NCBI GenBank assembly: GCA_965277405.1
Contig: OZ255726.1
Location: 1,440,001 to 1,504,000 of the forward strand
Reading direction: 5' to 3'
DNA length: 64,000 nucleotides
Source: Gammaproteobacteria bacterium
GTDB lineage: Bacteria > Pseudomonadota > Gammaproteobacteria > G965277405
The position numbers and the translations under genes were made by a program. The stretch's first letter is position 1; every line of letters starts with the position of its first letter. Positions 11,801 through 21,140 of the stretch are shown piece by piece. A model generated the notes under the pieces. The model was not told the DNA's origin and made no database searches. It saw nothing but the letters and a program-made list of their open reading frames with translations.

Positions 11801-12075
11801 TCGTTGTCACCAGCTTGACCACGATTGTTGGCTTATTGCCGCTGGTATTCCAAATCAATATCAATCTGGCTGATAGGTTGTATGTGTATCAACACCCATC
11901 GTCGCTGTTTTGGGTGCAGTTAGCGACAACTATTGCTGGCGGACTTGCAGTGTCGACAGTAATCACCATGCTCATCACCCCGAGCATGCTGTATTTATTC
12001 GAGACCAGACGCGTCCAATTTAAACAGTGGCGAAACAAGTGGCGAGACAATAGGAATGCAAGCACAACCATGTAA
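8896..12075 (+). CDS. AcrB/AcrD/AcrF-family RND permease
   Basis: 1059 aa. ENFPDINIP, GILVDSAIVVVE, GIVVNNNIILVE, RLRPVVVTSLTT. Confidence 0.93.
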   Translation: MGITQNATGWIDTLIQYKRSVLIITGLVLVNAAVALVTITKENFPDINIPILYISIKLSGISPDDAETLLINTIEGELSDIDGLKHITTTASQGHGSIHLRFNAGTDMKKAKEDTQERLDSVEKNLPADADKPTLHEINVALFPIMSVALVGDVDEQELLRVARLLSDKFESVPGVLEAKIIGEREELIEIVVDLQKVNNLGLNLLSVANMIRRNNQLIAAGSFDPGVGRYTLKVPGRIDTIQQFYDLPVAKLGAEIIKLKDAAEVQRTFKDATTLSRFDGQQALTIDISKRVGANILATVDGVKDVLAQAQPHLPKNIQYEIASDTSVQTRTSLASLFNNVIFSTLLVIIVIMSILGVRNSVLVGLTIPCSFLIGILLLQLLGYTLNMVVLFSLIMSVGILVDSAIVVVESADRYMLQGMSRARAFAMASKIMGPPIIASNATTLVAFAPLLFWPDTIGEFMKFLPITLIATLCASIVFALIIIPVVGSVIGRPGGTPKSAHEIDAFFTTGNVAVLSGFTSWYVRIMNTLIVHPMKVIIAIVWVFVAVVALYGMYGKGTNFFPADEPERGQVTVRARGDLSITERDAIVRKVEAALFSFGEIKHISTKVFTTPARNVAADTIGELNVDFKDWQIRRPAKEIFADIRKATNNLIPGVVVNTMLEQDGPPAAADVMLDIRGSNIANVADGVAKIKTLLESIGGLYQIQDSRPLTGLEWSIIVDKAEAAKYGLTVGDVGSMIKLVTSGVFVTDYISHVGSNDKIDVVVRLPHTQRSIQMLEQLRIVTTNGEVALSNLISRQPKQKQGALVKIDGEYSYSIQADIEAGADKPSSINKVVSAVKKVGFLGDTTYRFRGNQENQENSQRFLMQAFGIAFVVMLLVLVTTFNSISQALLILSAVMFSVIGVFIGLMIKGEPFGIVMSGVGIIALSGIVVNNNIILVETFNTIRQSMNCTIKDAILRTCAQRLRPVVVTSLTTIVGLLPLVFQININLADRLYVYQHPSSLFWVQLATTIAGGLAVSTVITMLITPSMLYLFETRRVQFKQWRNKWRDNRNASTTM

Positions 12076-12099
12076 TTGGGGTTAGAGGTTCCTTAGAGA

Positions 12100-13164
12100 A
12101 TGAACATGTCAGCATATAGCGTTGTCTTTTCCCAAATAATAGACATTGAATCCCAAGCACCAATCACCGAGTTTGCCAAGCTTGCGAGTGTTGTTGTGCA
12201 CCCAGACCGCGTTGTGGCAGTGGTGCGGCTAGACATCCCGTGCCAGTCGCGTCACCAACAGTTGCAGCAGCAAATTAGTAGTGCATTCCAACCGCACAGC
12301 ACATCGCCGATTGTTATTCAGTTGATATTGCATGTGCAAACGCATGCGCACAGCCATAGCCAGCTCCAACACGTTAAGAATATTGTGTTGGTGTCTTCGG
12401 CAAAAGGCGGTGTTGGTAAATCTACAACAGCTGTCAATCTAGCGTTAGGTCTTTGCCAAGAAGGGGCATGCGTAGGGTTGCTCGATGCTGATATTTATGG
12501 GCCAAGCATTCCGACAATGCTTGGCGTAACTGGTAAACCAGAATCAAACGACGGCAAGACTTTGCAGCCATTCAAGGCACACGCGATCGAAGTGATGTCA
12601 ATTGGCTTATTTATTGAAGGTGACACAGCAATGATTTGGCGAGGTCCAATGGTCACCAATACATTGTTGCAACTGCTACAGCAGACGCAATGGGGCGCTT
12701 TGGATTATTTAGTGGTGGACTTGCCTCCAGGAACAGGAGACATTCAACTCACTATGGCGCAAAAAGCACCGGTTACTGGTGCTGTGGTGATTACAACCCC
12801 ACAAGATATTGCGTTACAAGATGCGATTCGCGGTATCAAAATGTTTACTAAGGTTAATATTCCTGTGCTGGGGTTAATTGAAAACATGAGTATGCATGTG
12901 TGCAGTCATTGTGGACATGTTGAGCATATTTTTGGCGCGGATGGAACACGGCGCATCGCCACACAACTGGACACACCGTTGCTTGGTCAAATTCCGTTAG
13001 ATGCCACGATTGGCAGCCACGTCGAAATTGGCCAGCCGACAGTTGTCGCCGCGCCAGGTAGTCCAATTGCCTGCGAATATCTGCGTTTGGCGCGCTGCAT
13101 TGCAACCCATCTGGCGGCATTGCCTGTTACCAGTGATGACAACATCATTGCAGTCGCGACATGA
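12100..13164 (+). CDS. apbC: Mrp/ApbC Fe-S cluster carrier ATPase
   Basis: SAKGGVGKST, DADIYGPS, DLPPGTGD, ENMS..CSHC. Confidence 0.93.
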   Translation: MNMSAYSVVFSQIIDIESQAPITEFAKLASVVVHPDRVVAVVRLDIPCQSRHQQLQQQISSAFQPHSTSPIVIQLILHVQTHAHSHSQLQHVKNIVLVSSAKGGVGKSTTAVNLALGLCQEGACVGLLDADIYGPSIPTMLGVTGKPESNDGKTLQPFKAHAIEVMSIGLFIEGDTAMIWRGPMVTNTLLQLLQQTQWGALDYLVVDLPPGTGDIQLTMAQKAPVTGAVVITTPQDIALQDAIRGIKMFTKVNIPVLGLIENMSMHVCSHCGHVEHIFGADGTRRIATQLDTPLLGQIPLDATIGSHVEIGQPTVVAAPGSPIACEYLRLARCIATHLAALPVTSDDNIIAVAT

Positions 13165-14036
13165 AGATTGTCATCGCCACCAACAACCAACAGCGCCAAT
13201 GGTATGAGCAAGTGATTTTGCAACTCCCAGAGTATACAGTGTCCTTTGATAGTGGTAACAAACAACAATGTGACTATGCCTTGGTGTGGCAGTATCCAAA
13301 TGATTTTTTTATACGGACGCAGGTTGACAAAGGTATTTTTGTCCTTGGCGCAGGGTTTGAACACCTGCAAACAGATTCGAGCGTCCCTAATGTGCCGCTG
13401 CATCGCTTGGTTGATTGTGGTATGGGGGCGTTGTTGGCGCAATATGTTGTGTGGGCAATCGTGAATGCCTCGCGCTGTATGGGTTTTTATACAGTGCAAC
13501 AACGCCAACAACGCTGGCATAGCTATCCATATTCAACAGATCAAATCACAGTTGCTATTGTGGGTTGCGGGGTGCTGGGATTAGCGATTGCAACATCTTT
13601 GCATACCTGTAACTATCGAGTGCTGGGGTATAGCCGTTCACTACAGCCAGCACCACATCTTGATGCGATATGTACCGATGTTGCCCAACTACCAACGATG
13701 CTCGCTGCAGCAGATGTAGTGGTAAATGTGCTTCCAGGTGGCGTGCAGACGCGGGGGTTTTTATCGACACAGTTGTTGCAATGTTGCAAAGCAGGGTGTC
13801 ATATCGTGCAAATTGGTCGTGGTGAAACGCTGAGCGAGGCGGGGTTATTGCAGGGATTAGAGCACAATATTGGGCACGCAACCCTCGATGTATTTGCGCA
13901 AGAGCCGTTACCAGCTGATCACCCATTTTGGCAGCATCCAAAAATAACCATGACGCCGCATATCGCCGCAATCACCCCAATTAAACAAGCCGTTGCATAT
14001 ATAGCCAGTATTATCCAATCATCAGAACCATCATGA
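13161..14036 (+). CDS. Glyoxylate/hydroxypyruvate reductase A-like D-2-hydroxyacid dehydrogenase
   Basis: GCGVLG, IGRG, LDVFAQEPLP..HPFW.HPKITMTPHIAA. Confidence 0.85.
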   Translation: MKIVIATNNQQRQWYEQVILQLPEYTVSFDSGNKQQCDYALVWQYPNDFFIRTQVDKGIFVLGAGFEHLQTDSSVPNVPLHRLVDCGMGALLAQYVVWAIVNASRCMGFYTVQQRQQRWHSYPYSTDQITVAIVGCGVLGLAIATSLHTCNYRVLGYSRSLQPAPHLDAICTDVAQLPTMLAAADVVVNVLPGGVQTRGFLSTQLLQCCKAGCHIVQIGRGETLSEAGLLQGLEHNIGHATLDVFAQEPLPADHPFWQHPKITMTPHIAAITPIKQAVAYIASIIQSSEPS

Positions 14037-15178
14037 GTCTACCTTTTAGTCAAGCGCAGTTTCACCATCAATTGCTTCACGCTAAACGTTGGTCGAAATA
14101 TCCAGACAAAGTAATTCCGTTATGGATTGCAGATATGGATTTAGGCCACCCACTGGCAATCACTGACGCACTCAATGATTTCGCCCAGCATGCTAATTTT
14201 GGATACAGCAGCCCGAGCAAAGCTGTGCTCTTAGCTATTGTAGCATGGATGCAAGAAAAACATGGTTGGCAAATCCAACCAGAATGGGTTGTTTTTACCC
14301 ATAATTTGCACTCTGGGCTGCGGACTGTTGTTCGCGCGATGAGCCGGCGCCAAGATCAGGTATTGATTCCTGATACTATCTACCCACCAATACGCGCAAC
14401 CGCTGCGGATTTTGGCAGAGAAGTTGTTGCAGTGCCAATGCTGGTTAATGGTGATCACGGTTTTACTGTTGATTGGCATATGTTGGAACAATGCAGCGCG
14501 CCTGCAGGAACACTGCTGCAATGGTGTAGTCCACATAACCCATCTGGTACAGTCTGGGCGCATGCAGATTTAGAACGGCTAGCCGCGCTTGTCGTTGAGA
14601 AAGATTGGTATATTTGCAGCGATGAAATACACGCTGATTTGGTGTTAAATAACACCGTAAAACACACACCGATTGCGCGCATAAACGCGAAGATTGCCCA
14701 ACGCTGCATCACCTTGATGTCACCAAACAAAACATTTAATATCGCCGGAATTGGCTTAGGATATGCGATTATTTGCAACGACACTATCCGCAAAGTCTTT
14801 AGCGATACCTTGCAAGGCTACGGTGGCATAAATGGCTTTAGCTTTGCGGCGGCGCATGCTGCGTATACTTACGGCGAGCCATGGCGGCAAACCACGTTGC
14901 AACAATTGCGCAATAACTTGCAACAACTGCGTCAAGTGCTGGTTCCGTATGCTGATAAAGTCAAATTGATCGGTGGCGATGCCACTTACTTAGCATGGTT
15001 ACACACCCCGCAGCATGATTGTGATTGGCATGAAGTTTTACTGCGGTATAACCTTGCGGTGTATGATGGCAGACATTTTGGCAAAGCTGGGTATATGCGG
15101 GTTAACTTTGGCACACGCCCAGATATATTGCGCGAAGCACTCAAACGGCTAGATCGAGCGTTTTCACAACAGCTATGA
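14033..15178 (+). CDS. MalY/PatB-family PLP C-S lyase
   Basis: PLWIADMD, CSPHNPSG, SDEIHADL, SPNKTFNIAG, ATYLAWL. Confidence 0.9.
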   Translation: MSLPFSQAQFHHQLLHAKRWSKYPDKVIPLWIADMDLGHPLAITDALNDFAQHANFGYSSPSKAVLLAIVAWMQEKHGWQIQPEWVVFTHNLHSGLRTVVRAMSRRQDQVLIPDTIYPPIRATAADFGREVVAVPMLVNGDHGFTVDWHMLEQCSAPAGTLLQWCSPHNPSGTVWAHADLERLAALVVEKDWYICSDEIHADLVLNNTVKHTPIARINAKIAQRCITLMSPNKTFNIAGIGLGYAIICNDTIRKVFSDTLQGYGGINGFSFAAAHAAYTYGEPWRQTTLQQLRNNLQQLRQVLVPYADKVKLIGGDATYLAWLHTPQHDCDWHEVLLRYNLAVYDGRHFGKAGYMRVNFGTRPDILREALKRLDRAFSQQL

Positions 15179-15201
15179 GCGCTGCTGCCCGCTGTCTTTA
15201 A

Positions 15202-16080
15202 ATGCAGATTGAAGCATGGGTGTTGTTTACGTTGCTGGCTGCTGCTGCGCAAGTAATACGTACTGGATTGCAAAAAAAACTAGCTAAAGCTGCGAATATT
15301 GCGACTGCAACATATGCACGATATGTATTCGGTCTGCCATGGTTAATTGTATATGTGTTGCTGATGGTCGACACGGTGCCGACTATCAAGCCAATGTTTT
15401 ATCTGCTGGCTTTTGTGGGTGGGTTGGCGCAAATCACAGCAACAATTGCGATGTTGTACGTGATGGACCGCCGCAATTTCGCGGTCGGGTCACTGCTGGC
15501 GAAAACTGATGCTCTGGTGGTTGCGCTGGTGGGTACCTTCGTGTTTATGCAAGTGCTATCGCGCGGCGCTTGGCTGAGTATAGTGATGGGATTTGTCGGT
15601 GTTTTTGTGATGCAGCCGGTGTCATGGCAGGCACTGTGTAGCCATCGAGGCAGTTTACTATATGGGTTTGCCTCTGGAGTATTGTTCGCAGCGACAGCTT
15701 TCGTAATTTATTTTGCAAAAGATTACATCGACGCCCCTACCATCGAAGCCGCGGCGATTTTTCTGCTCGGGATGGTGTGTTTGCAAACATTGACGATGTA
15801 CGTATGGATCGTAACAACGAATAAAACCCTCAGGGTTGGCTGGCAAGGCCAGACCCCGCTGGCGCTGCGAATAGGTTTGTTTAGCGCAATCGGGTCAATT
15901 GGCTGGTTTACTGGAATGAGCCTCGTCAATCCAGCGTATGTCAAGGCGCTGGGTCAAATCGAAATAGTATTGGTTGTTTTGGTAACGTGGTTCGTGTTCA
16001 AAGAGCGAATATCAGCAAGAGAATTCGCGGGAATAATCTTGATTGGGACGAGTGTGCTATTCTTGGCAATTGTCAAATAA
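15202..16080 (+). CDS. DMT/EamA-family transporter
   Basis: About 10 hydrophobic segments. AYVKALGQIE, FKERIS.RE. Confidence 0.8.
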   Translation: MQIEAWVLFTLLAAAAQVIRTGLQKKLAKAANIATATYARYVFGLPWLIVYVLLMVDTVPTIKPMFYLLAFVGGLAQITATIAMLYVMDRRNFAVGSLLAKTDALVVALVGTFVFMQVLSRGAWLSIVMGFVGVFVMQPVSWQALCSHRGSLLYGFASGVLFAATAFVIYFAKDYIDAPTIEAAAIFLLGMVCLQTLTMYVWIVTTNKTLRVGWQGQTPLALRIGLFSAIGSIGWFTGMSLVNPAYVKALGQIEIVLVVLVTWFVFKERISAREFAGIILIGTSVLFLAIVK

Positions 16081-16099
16081 TTATTATCGGAGAAATTTT

Positions 16100-16810
16100 A
16101 TGCTGGAAAGCGCAAATGTTGATACAGATGAAATTAGCAAGTTTGATGGTGCAGCCCACCAATGGTGGAATACCGACGGACCATTTAAGCCGTTGCACGA
16201 CATTAACCCAGTGCGCGCCGCGCTGTTAAGCGACTATACCAATTTTGTCGATACGTCGTTTCTGGATATTGGCTGTGGCGGTGGCTTATTTACCGAAGAA
16301 ATAGCGAAACGTGGCGGCACAGTAACTGGGATTGATATGTCTGCTGTGGCAATTAATGTTGCGCAACAACACGCGCAGCAGCAAGGTCTTGATGTAACGT
16401 ATCAACAATGCGCGGTTGAATCGCTACCACGCAAAAAATTTGATGTCATTAGTTGCTTAGAAGTGCTCGAGCATGTTCCAGACCCTGCTGATATTATTGC
16501 GCATATTGCGGCATTACTCGAACCAAACGGGGTTATGATGCTATCTACAATAAATCGTACGGCGCGTGCCTTTGCGCTTGCAATTGTTGGTGCTGAATAC
16601 ATTATGAAACTGTTACCCAAAGGGACGCATACGTACGATAAGTTGCTACGTCCAAGTGAGATTGTTGCTATGTGTCAACGGCAAGGACTTAGCGTCGAAG
16701 CTATTGAAGGGTTACAATATAACCCGTTGACGCGGCATGCGAAATTATCCCGTAATTGTGCAGTGAACTACTTTTTAATCGCCAAAAAATCTGATGAACA
16801 AAGACAGTGA
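16100..16810 (+). CDS. ubiG: Ubiquinone biosynthesis O-methyltransferase
   Basis: NVD..EISKF...WW...GPFKPLHDINPVR, LDIGCGGG, LEVLEHVPDP. Confidence 0.95.
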   Translation: MLESANVDTDEISKFDGAAHQWWNTDGPFKPLHDINPVRAALLSDYTNFVDTSFLDIGCGGGLFTEEIAKRGGTVTGIDMSAVAINVAQQHAQQQGLDVTYQQCAVESLPRKKFDVISCLEVLEHVPDPADIIAHIAALLEPNGVMMLSTINRTARAFALAIVGAEYIMKLLPKGTHTYDKLLRPSEIVAMCQRQGLSVEAIEGLQYNPLTRHAKLSRNCAVNYFLIAKKSDEQRQ

Positions 16811-17771
16811 CTTGCGTTTTACCATGCACAGTAACATTCGTAAACATAATACTATACGTGAAAAAAACCCAGCCATGAATAGCGATAACCCCACTCCAAA
16901 ACCACTAACAAAGCAAGCAAAACCCGTAACTGATGCCAGCCCAAATGCAATGTTTGATGATGCGAGAAAAGTCAATTTGCGCAAGCGGGTCAAAGTATCA
17001 CAACAACAAACAATACATCAGAGTCTTAATAGCGATATTGCCGCTGAAAAAATGGACCCGCGGCAACGCCCCAAGCAACAGCGGCAACCAAAACAACCGC
17101 GAAAACCATTCGAAAACCCTTTTAAAAAATTGGCAAATACTGTTTTCATCCAACGCTTAATGCGCGTGCCGTTGATGAATTACCTCTGGCTTGGGCTATC
17201 GCTATGTATTGTTATTATAGATCAAGTTACCAAATATATTGCGGAACTTAAGCTACTCACAGATAATCAGTATCGATTGTTTTCATGGTTTAATTTTCAC
17301 TTATTCTATAATGAAGGAGCCGCCTTTAGTTTTCTTGCAGACATGGGTGGATGGCAAAAACCTATGCTTGCATTTATCTCTCTTGTGGTAAGTATCGTTA
17401 TTACTGTGATGCTCATACGCACACCACGCTATCAACGGTTGTATCCAATGGCGTTATCACTCGTGCTTGGCGGTGCGGTCGGTAATTTAATCGACCGGGC
17501 AACAACCGGGCGTGTTGTTGACTTTATTTCAGTGCATTATCAAGACATGTATTTCTTCCCAGCTTTTAACATTGCTGATAGTGCTATTTCTGTAGGTGCG
17601 GCATTGTTGATTATTGAATTGCTTTTTTATAAAAAGAAAGCGGCAATACCAGCGGCTAATACACCGACAGCAAGCGTTGCTAGCGAAGCAGATAAGGAAG
17701 ACCAATTTATCAACGACTTTAGTGAAATAGAAGACTTGTTTGACAAAGAATGGCAAGACGAGCAGCGCTAA
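16794..17771 (+). CDS. lspA: Lipoprotein signal peptidase II with long N- and C-terminal extensions (start uncertain)
   Basis: IDQVTK, NEGAAFSFL, GGAVGNLIDR, VVDFI, PAFNIADSAI. Upstream of ispH. Confidence 0.88.
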   Translation: MNKDSDLRFTMHSNIRKHNTIREKNPAMNSDNPTPKPLTKQAKPVTDASPNAMFDDARKVNLRKRVKVSQQQTIHQSLNSDIAAEKMDPRQRPKQQRQPKQPRKPFENPFKKLANTVFIQRLMRVPLMNYLWLGLSLCIVIIDQVTKYIAELKLLTDNQYRLFSWFNFHLFYNEGAAFSFLADMGGWQKPMLAFISLVVSIVITVMLIRTPRYQRLYPMALSLVLGGAVGNLIDRATTGRVVDFISVHYQDMYFFPAFNIADSAISVGAALLIIELLFYKKKAAIPAANTPTASVASEADKEDQFINDFSEIEDLFDKEWQDEQR

Positions 17772-17772
17772 T

Positions 17773-18750
17773 ATGCGACTGATTTTAGCGAACCCGCGCG
17801 GCTTTTGTGCTGGAGTCAACCGCGCGATTGACATCGTTGAACGCGTGCTATCGTTATACGCAGGCATCCCTGTATATGTGCGCCATCAAGTGGTGCATAA
17901 CGCGTATGTCGTCGAAACGTTGCGGCAGCGTGGTGCCATATTTGTTACAGAACTTGACGCTATCCCTGATAACAGCATTGTTATTTTTTCAGCACACGGC
18001 GTCGCGCAAGCGACGATGGACGCGGCAAAATCTCGGAGCATGCAAGTGTTTGATGCAACATGTCCTTTGGTAACCAAGGTCCATATTGAAGTAAGTACAT
18101 ATGCGCGCAAGGGGATGGACTGTGTTTTAATAGGACACCATGGTCATCCAGAAGTTGCAGGTACGATGGGGCGGTTTGACTCAAGTTACGGCGGGCAAAT
18201 TCATCTTGTTGAGAGTGTTGCTGACGTTGGCTTGCTCGATGTTGTTAACCCAAAAGGCGTTGGATATGTCAGCCAAACGACGTTATCGGTCGATGATACC
18301 GCTCAAATTATAGCAGCGTTACGCGATACTTATCCTGCAGTTGCTGCTCCACATAAAAACGATATTTGCTATGCAACACAGAATCGTCAAGACATCGTCA
18401 GAAAAATGGCGCAATATTGTGACGTGCTATTAGTTGTTGGTTCAACGAATAGCTCAAATTCAAATAGACTGAGTGAATTGGCAAGCCGTTGTGGTGCACG
18501 CGGTTATTTGATAGATTCTGCTGCAATGATTAACCCAGAGTGGTTTTACGACTGCAACAGTATTGGACTAACTGCTGGTGCATCTGCTCCAGATGTGTTG
18601 GTAGAACAAGTACAAAGTAGTATTATGCGCCAGTTTCCTAACATTACCGTTGAACAGGTAAATGGCGAACCAGAGCAAGTTGTTTTTAAAATTCCACATA
18701 TTTTGCAAAACGTTATAACGAAAGATTCATTGGTACAAGTTGCAGGGTAA
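17773..18750 (+). CDS. ispH: 4-hydroxy-3-methylbut-2-enyl diphosphate reductase
   Basis: LANPRGFCAGV, DATCPLVTKVH, DICYATQNRQ, SSNSNRL, TAGASAP. Confidence 0.97.
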   Translation: MRLILANPRGFCAGVNRAIDIVERVLSLYAGIPVYVRHQVVHNAYVVETLRQRGAIFVTELDAIPDNSIVIFSAHGVAQATMDAAKSRSMQVFDATCPLVTKVHIEVSTYARKGMDCVLIGHHGHPEVAGTMGRFDSSYGGQIHLVESVADVGLLDVVNPKGVGYVSQTTLSVDDTAQIIAALRDTYPAVAAPHKNDICYATQNRQDIVRKMAQYCDVLLVVGSTNSSNSNRLSELASRCGARGYLIDSAAMINPEWFYDCNSIGLTAGASAPDVLVEQVQSSIMRQFPNITVEQVNGEPEQVVFKIPHILQNVITKDSLVQVAG

Positions 18751-18776
18751 TAACTGACATTTAACACAAGGAAAAA

Positions 18777-19202
18777 ATGGCTATACAACATACATTTTCG
18801 ATCATAAAACCCGATGCCGTAGCACTTGATGCAATTGGCAAAATCAATCAACGCTTTGAAGACGCCGGTCTAAAAATCATTGCGATGAAAATGACCCACC
18901 TCACCAGAGAACAAGCCGCAGGGTTTTACGCTGAGCACAAAGGCAAAGTTTTTTTTGAGAATTTAGTGGAATATGTTACGTCTGGGCCAATCGTCATTCA
19001 AGTTTTAAGTGGTGAAAATGCAATCACGATAAATCGTGATTTGATGGGGGCAACCAATCCGCAACAAGCAGAACCTGGGACGATTCGCGCAGACTTTGCT
19101 GAATCTATCGAGGCGAATGCTGTGCACGGTTCAGATTCGCCAGATTCAGCACGCCGCGAAATCGCGTATTTTTTTGCTGCCGACGAGATATTTGTTCGCT
19201 AA
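18777..19202 (+). CDS. ndk: Nucleoside diphosphate kinase
   Basis: [26 protein letters not shown]. Confidence 0.98.
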   Translation: MAIQHTFSIIKPDAVALDAIGKINQRFEDAGLKIIAMKMTHLTREQAAGFYAEHKGKVFFENLVEYVTSGPIVIQVLSGENAITINRDLMGATNPQQAEPGTIRADFAESIEANAVHGSDSPDSARREIAYFFAADEIFVR

Positions 19203-19208
19203 ATAACA

Positions 19209-20324
19209 ATGAAGAATTTATTGGGGTGTAATCGCAACGATCTGCAAACATTGGTGGCGTCACTGGGAGAGAAAGCGTATCGAGCGCAGCAATTGATGCA
19301 GTGGATATATCAAAAGCAATGCACATCGCTTGATCAAGCTAGCAATCTTCCAGTGCGATTTATGCAAGCATTGCAAGATGCGGGCTGGGATATTCTGCTT
19401 CCAGAGGTTGAACATGTGCAGCAAGACCCAGATGGCACGAGAAAATGGGTGCTCCGCAGCGATGAGGATAACGCTATTGAAATGGTGCTGATACCTGAAA
19501 ATAACCGCAATACGTTGTGCATTTCCAGCCAGATTGGCTGCCCGGTTGATTGTAGCTTTTGTGCAACTGGTAAAATGGGTTTTAATCGTAATTTAACCAC
19601 AGCAGAAATTGTTGGGCAAGTAGTGTTAGCAGCGCAATCGATTGCTGCGCAGCCAATGGTGAATAACGCGCCAATCTCCAATGTGGTTTTCATGGGGATG
19701 GGTGAGCCATTGTTAAACTATGCCAACGTGATGACAGCGGTTGACGTGTTCACCGATGACTTTGCATATGGCTTATCGAAACGGCGCGTAACTGTCAGCA
19801 CGTCTGGGGTTGTCCCGCAAATTTTGAAAATGATCGGGCGTGTCGATGTGGCGTTGGCGCTATCGTTGCACGCCCCGAATGATGCGTTGCGTAGTGAGTT
19901 GGTGCCGCTCAATAATAAACACCCAATTGCCGAAGTTTTAGCTGCGTGTCATCAATATGTGGGCGCACAATCTCATAAAATGTCTGTAACGATTGAATAT
20001 GCGCTGCTGGCAGGAATAAATGACAGCGATGCGCTGGCGCATCAGTTAGGTGTGCTGCTTGCCCAATACCCGTGCAAAGTCAACCTGATTCCTTTCAACC
20101 CGCATCCATATGCTGACTATCAAAAGCCATCAAATAATAGATTGCATCGTTTTCAACAAATTGTCCGTGGCTATGGCATTGTAACAACAATTCGCACTAC
20201 ACGCGGCGATAGTATCGATGCGGCGTGCGGGCAACTTGTTGGCACAGTACGTGATCGCACGCAGCGCTATAAACGCTATAATAATAAAGTAAGCCACGCA
20301 ACGATTATTGAGACTGTACAGTAA
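19209..20324 (+). CDS. rlmN: Dual-specificity RNA methyltransferase RlmN
   Basis: CISSQIGCPVDCSFC, MGMGEPL, IDAACGQL. Confidence 0.97.
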   Translation: MKNLLGCNRNDLQTLVASLGEKAYRAQQLMQWIYQKQCTSLDQASNLPVRFMQALQDAGWDILLPEVEHVQQDPDGTRKWVLRSDEDNAIEMVLIPENNRNTLCISSQIGCPVDCSFCATGKMGFNRNLTTAEIVGQVVLAAQSIAAQPMVNNAPISNVVFMGMGEPLLNYANVMTAVDVFTDDFAYGLSKRRVTVSTSGVVPQILKMIGRVDVALALSLHAPNDALRSELVPLNNKHPIAEVLAACHQYVGAQSHKMSVTIEYALLAGINDSDALAHQLGVLLAQYPCKVNLIPFNPHPYADYQKPSNNRLHRFQQIVRGYGIVTTIRTTRGDSIDAACGQLVGTVRDRTQRYKRYNNKVSHATIIETVQ

Positions 20325-20335
20325 TGCGCCACCAT

Positions 20336-20368
20336 ATATTACTTGATATTACTTGATATTACTTGATA
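20336..20368. repeat. 10-bp tandem repeat (ATATTACTTG) x3
   Basis: Read directly. Intergenic between rlmN and pilF. Confidence 0.85.
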
Positions 20369-20375
20369 CAACACG

Positions 20376-21134
20376 ATGCGATCACTAGTCAGCCAGCCGT
20401 TCACCATGCGCTTACGACAGCTCATTGGCTGTGCGCTAACTGTCGCCTGCTGTGCCAGTTGTGCAGTGTCATCAGCAAAGTTGCAACAATACGAGCAGCA
20501 ATTAGCGCTCGGCAAGGCATATCTAGACACTAAAGACATACAAAATGCCCGCATTGCGTTTACTCAAGCGCAAGATATCTTGGCAGATGATGCGCGGACG
20601 TATCATGCCTTGGCGTTGTTGGCACAATACAGTGGGCAAATGGATAAAGCTGACAATCTGTATACCAAAGCGCTAGAAAAAGACATCGATTTTGCGGCGG
20701 CGCATAATAATTACGGGGTACTGCTCTTTAATCAAAAGAAAAACAATGCAGCAATTGTTCATTTTCGTTTAGCCGCAGAAAATCCAGAGTACAACAACAA
20801 TTATGTCGCATGGATAAATCTATCCCGTGCTGCCTTTGATTTAGAAAAATTTAAGTTAGCAGCAGATGCCTTGCAACAAGCAGTAAAAATTCGTGATGAT
20901 GTTGCCGAATATAGATTGCAAATGGCGCAATTATATTTCAAAATTGGCGAGCCTCTTTTTGCAAACTTGGCGTTTCAGAAATATCTAGCATTGCTCGACT
21001 CGAAAGGAAAAGAGCCTACGGTTGTCGATTTGAATTTAGGAATGGGAATTGCCAAACAACGCTTCGACCAACCAACATTTGATTATTATATGTTGTTGAA
21101 AAAAAGAATACAAGCAACGCTACCAGCGCAGTAA
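20376..21134 (+). CDS. TPR lipoprotein, PilF/PilW-like
   Basis: TPR motifs (AAAHNNYGVLL). Conserved rlmN-pilF-rodZ-ispG gene order. Confidence 0.8.
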   Translation: MRSLVSQPFTMRLRQLIGCALTVACCASCAVSSAKLQQYEQQLALGKAYLDTKDIQNARIAFTQAQDILADDARTYHALALLAQYSGQMDKADNLYTKALEKDIDFAAAHNNYGVLLFNQKKNNAAIVHFRLAAENPEYNNNYVAWINLSRAAFDLEKFKLAADALQQAVKIRDDVAEYRLQMAQLYFKIGEPLFANLAFQKYLALLDSKGKEPTVVDLNLGMGIAKQRFDQPTFDYYMLLKKRIQATLPAQ

Positions 21135-21140
21135 AATCAT

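Noticed and set aside
8760-11864. Long minus-strand ORFs (259, 269 and 131 aa)
   Set aside because: They are antisense to the RND genes and have no recognisable motifs.
12084-12096. AGAGGTTCC-TTAG, a possible MITE footprint before apbC
   Set aside because: Only 9 bp match the TIR, too short to call as a feature.
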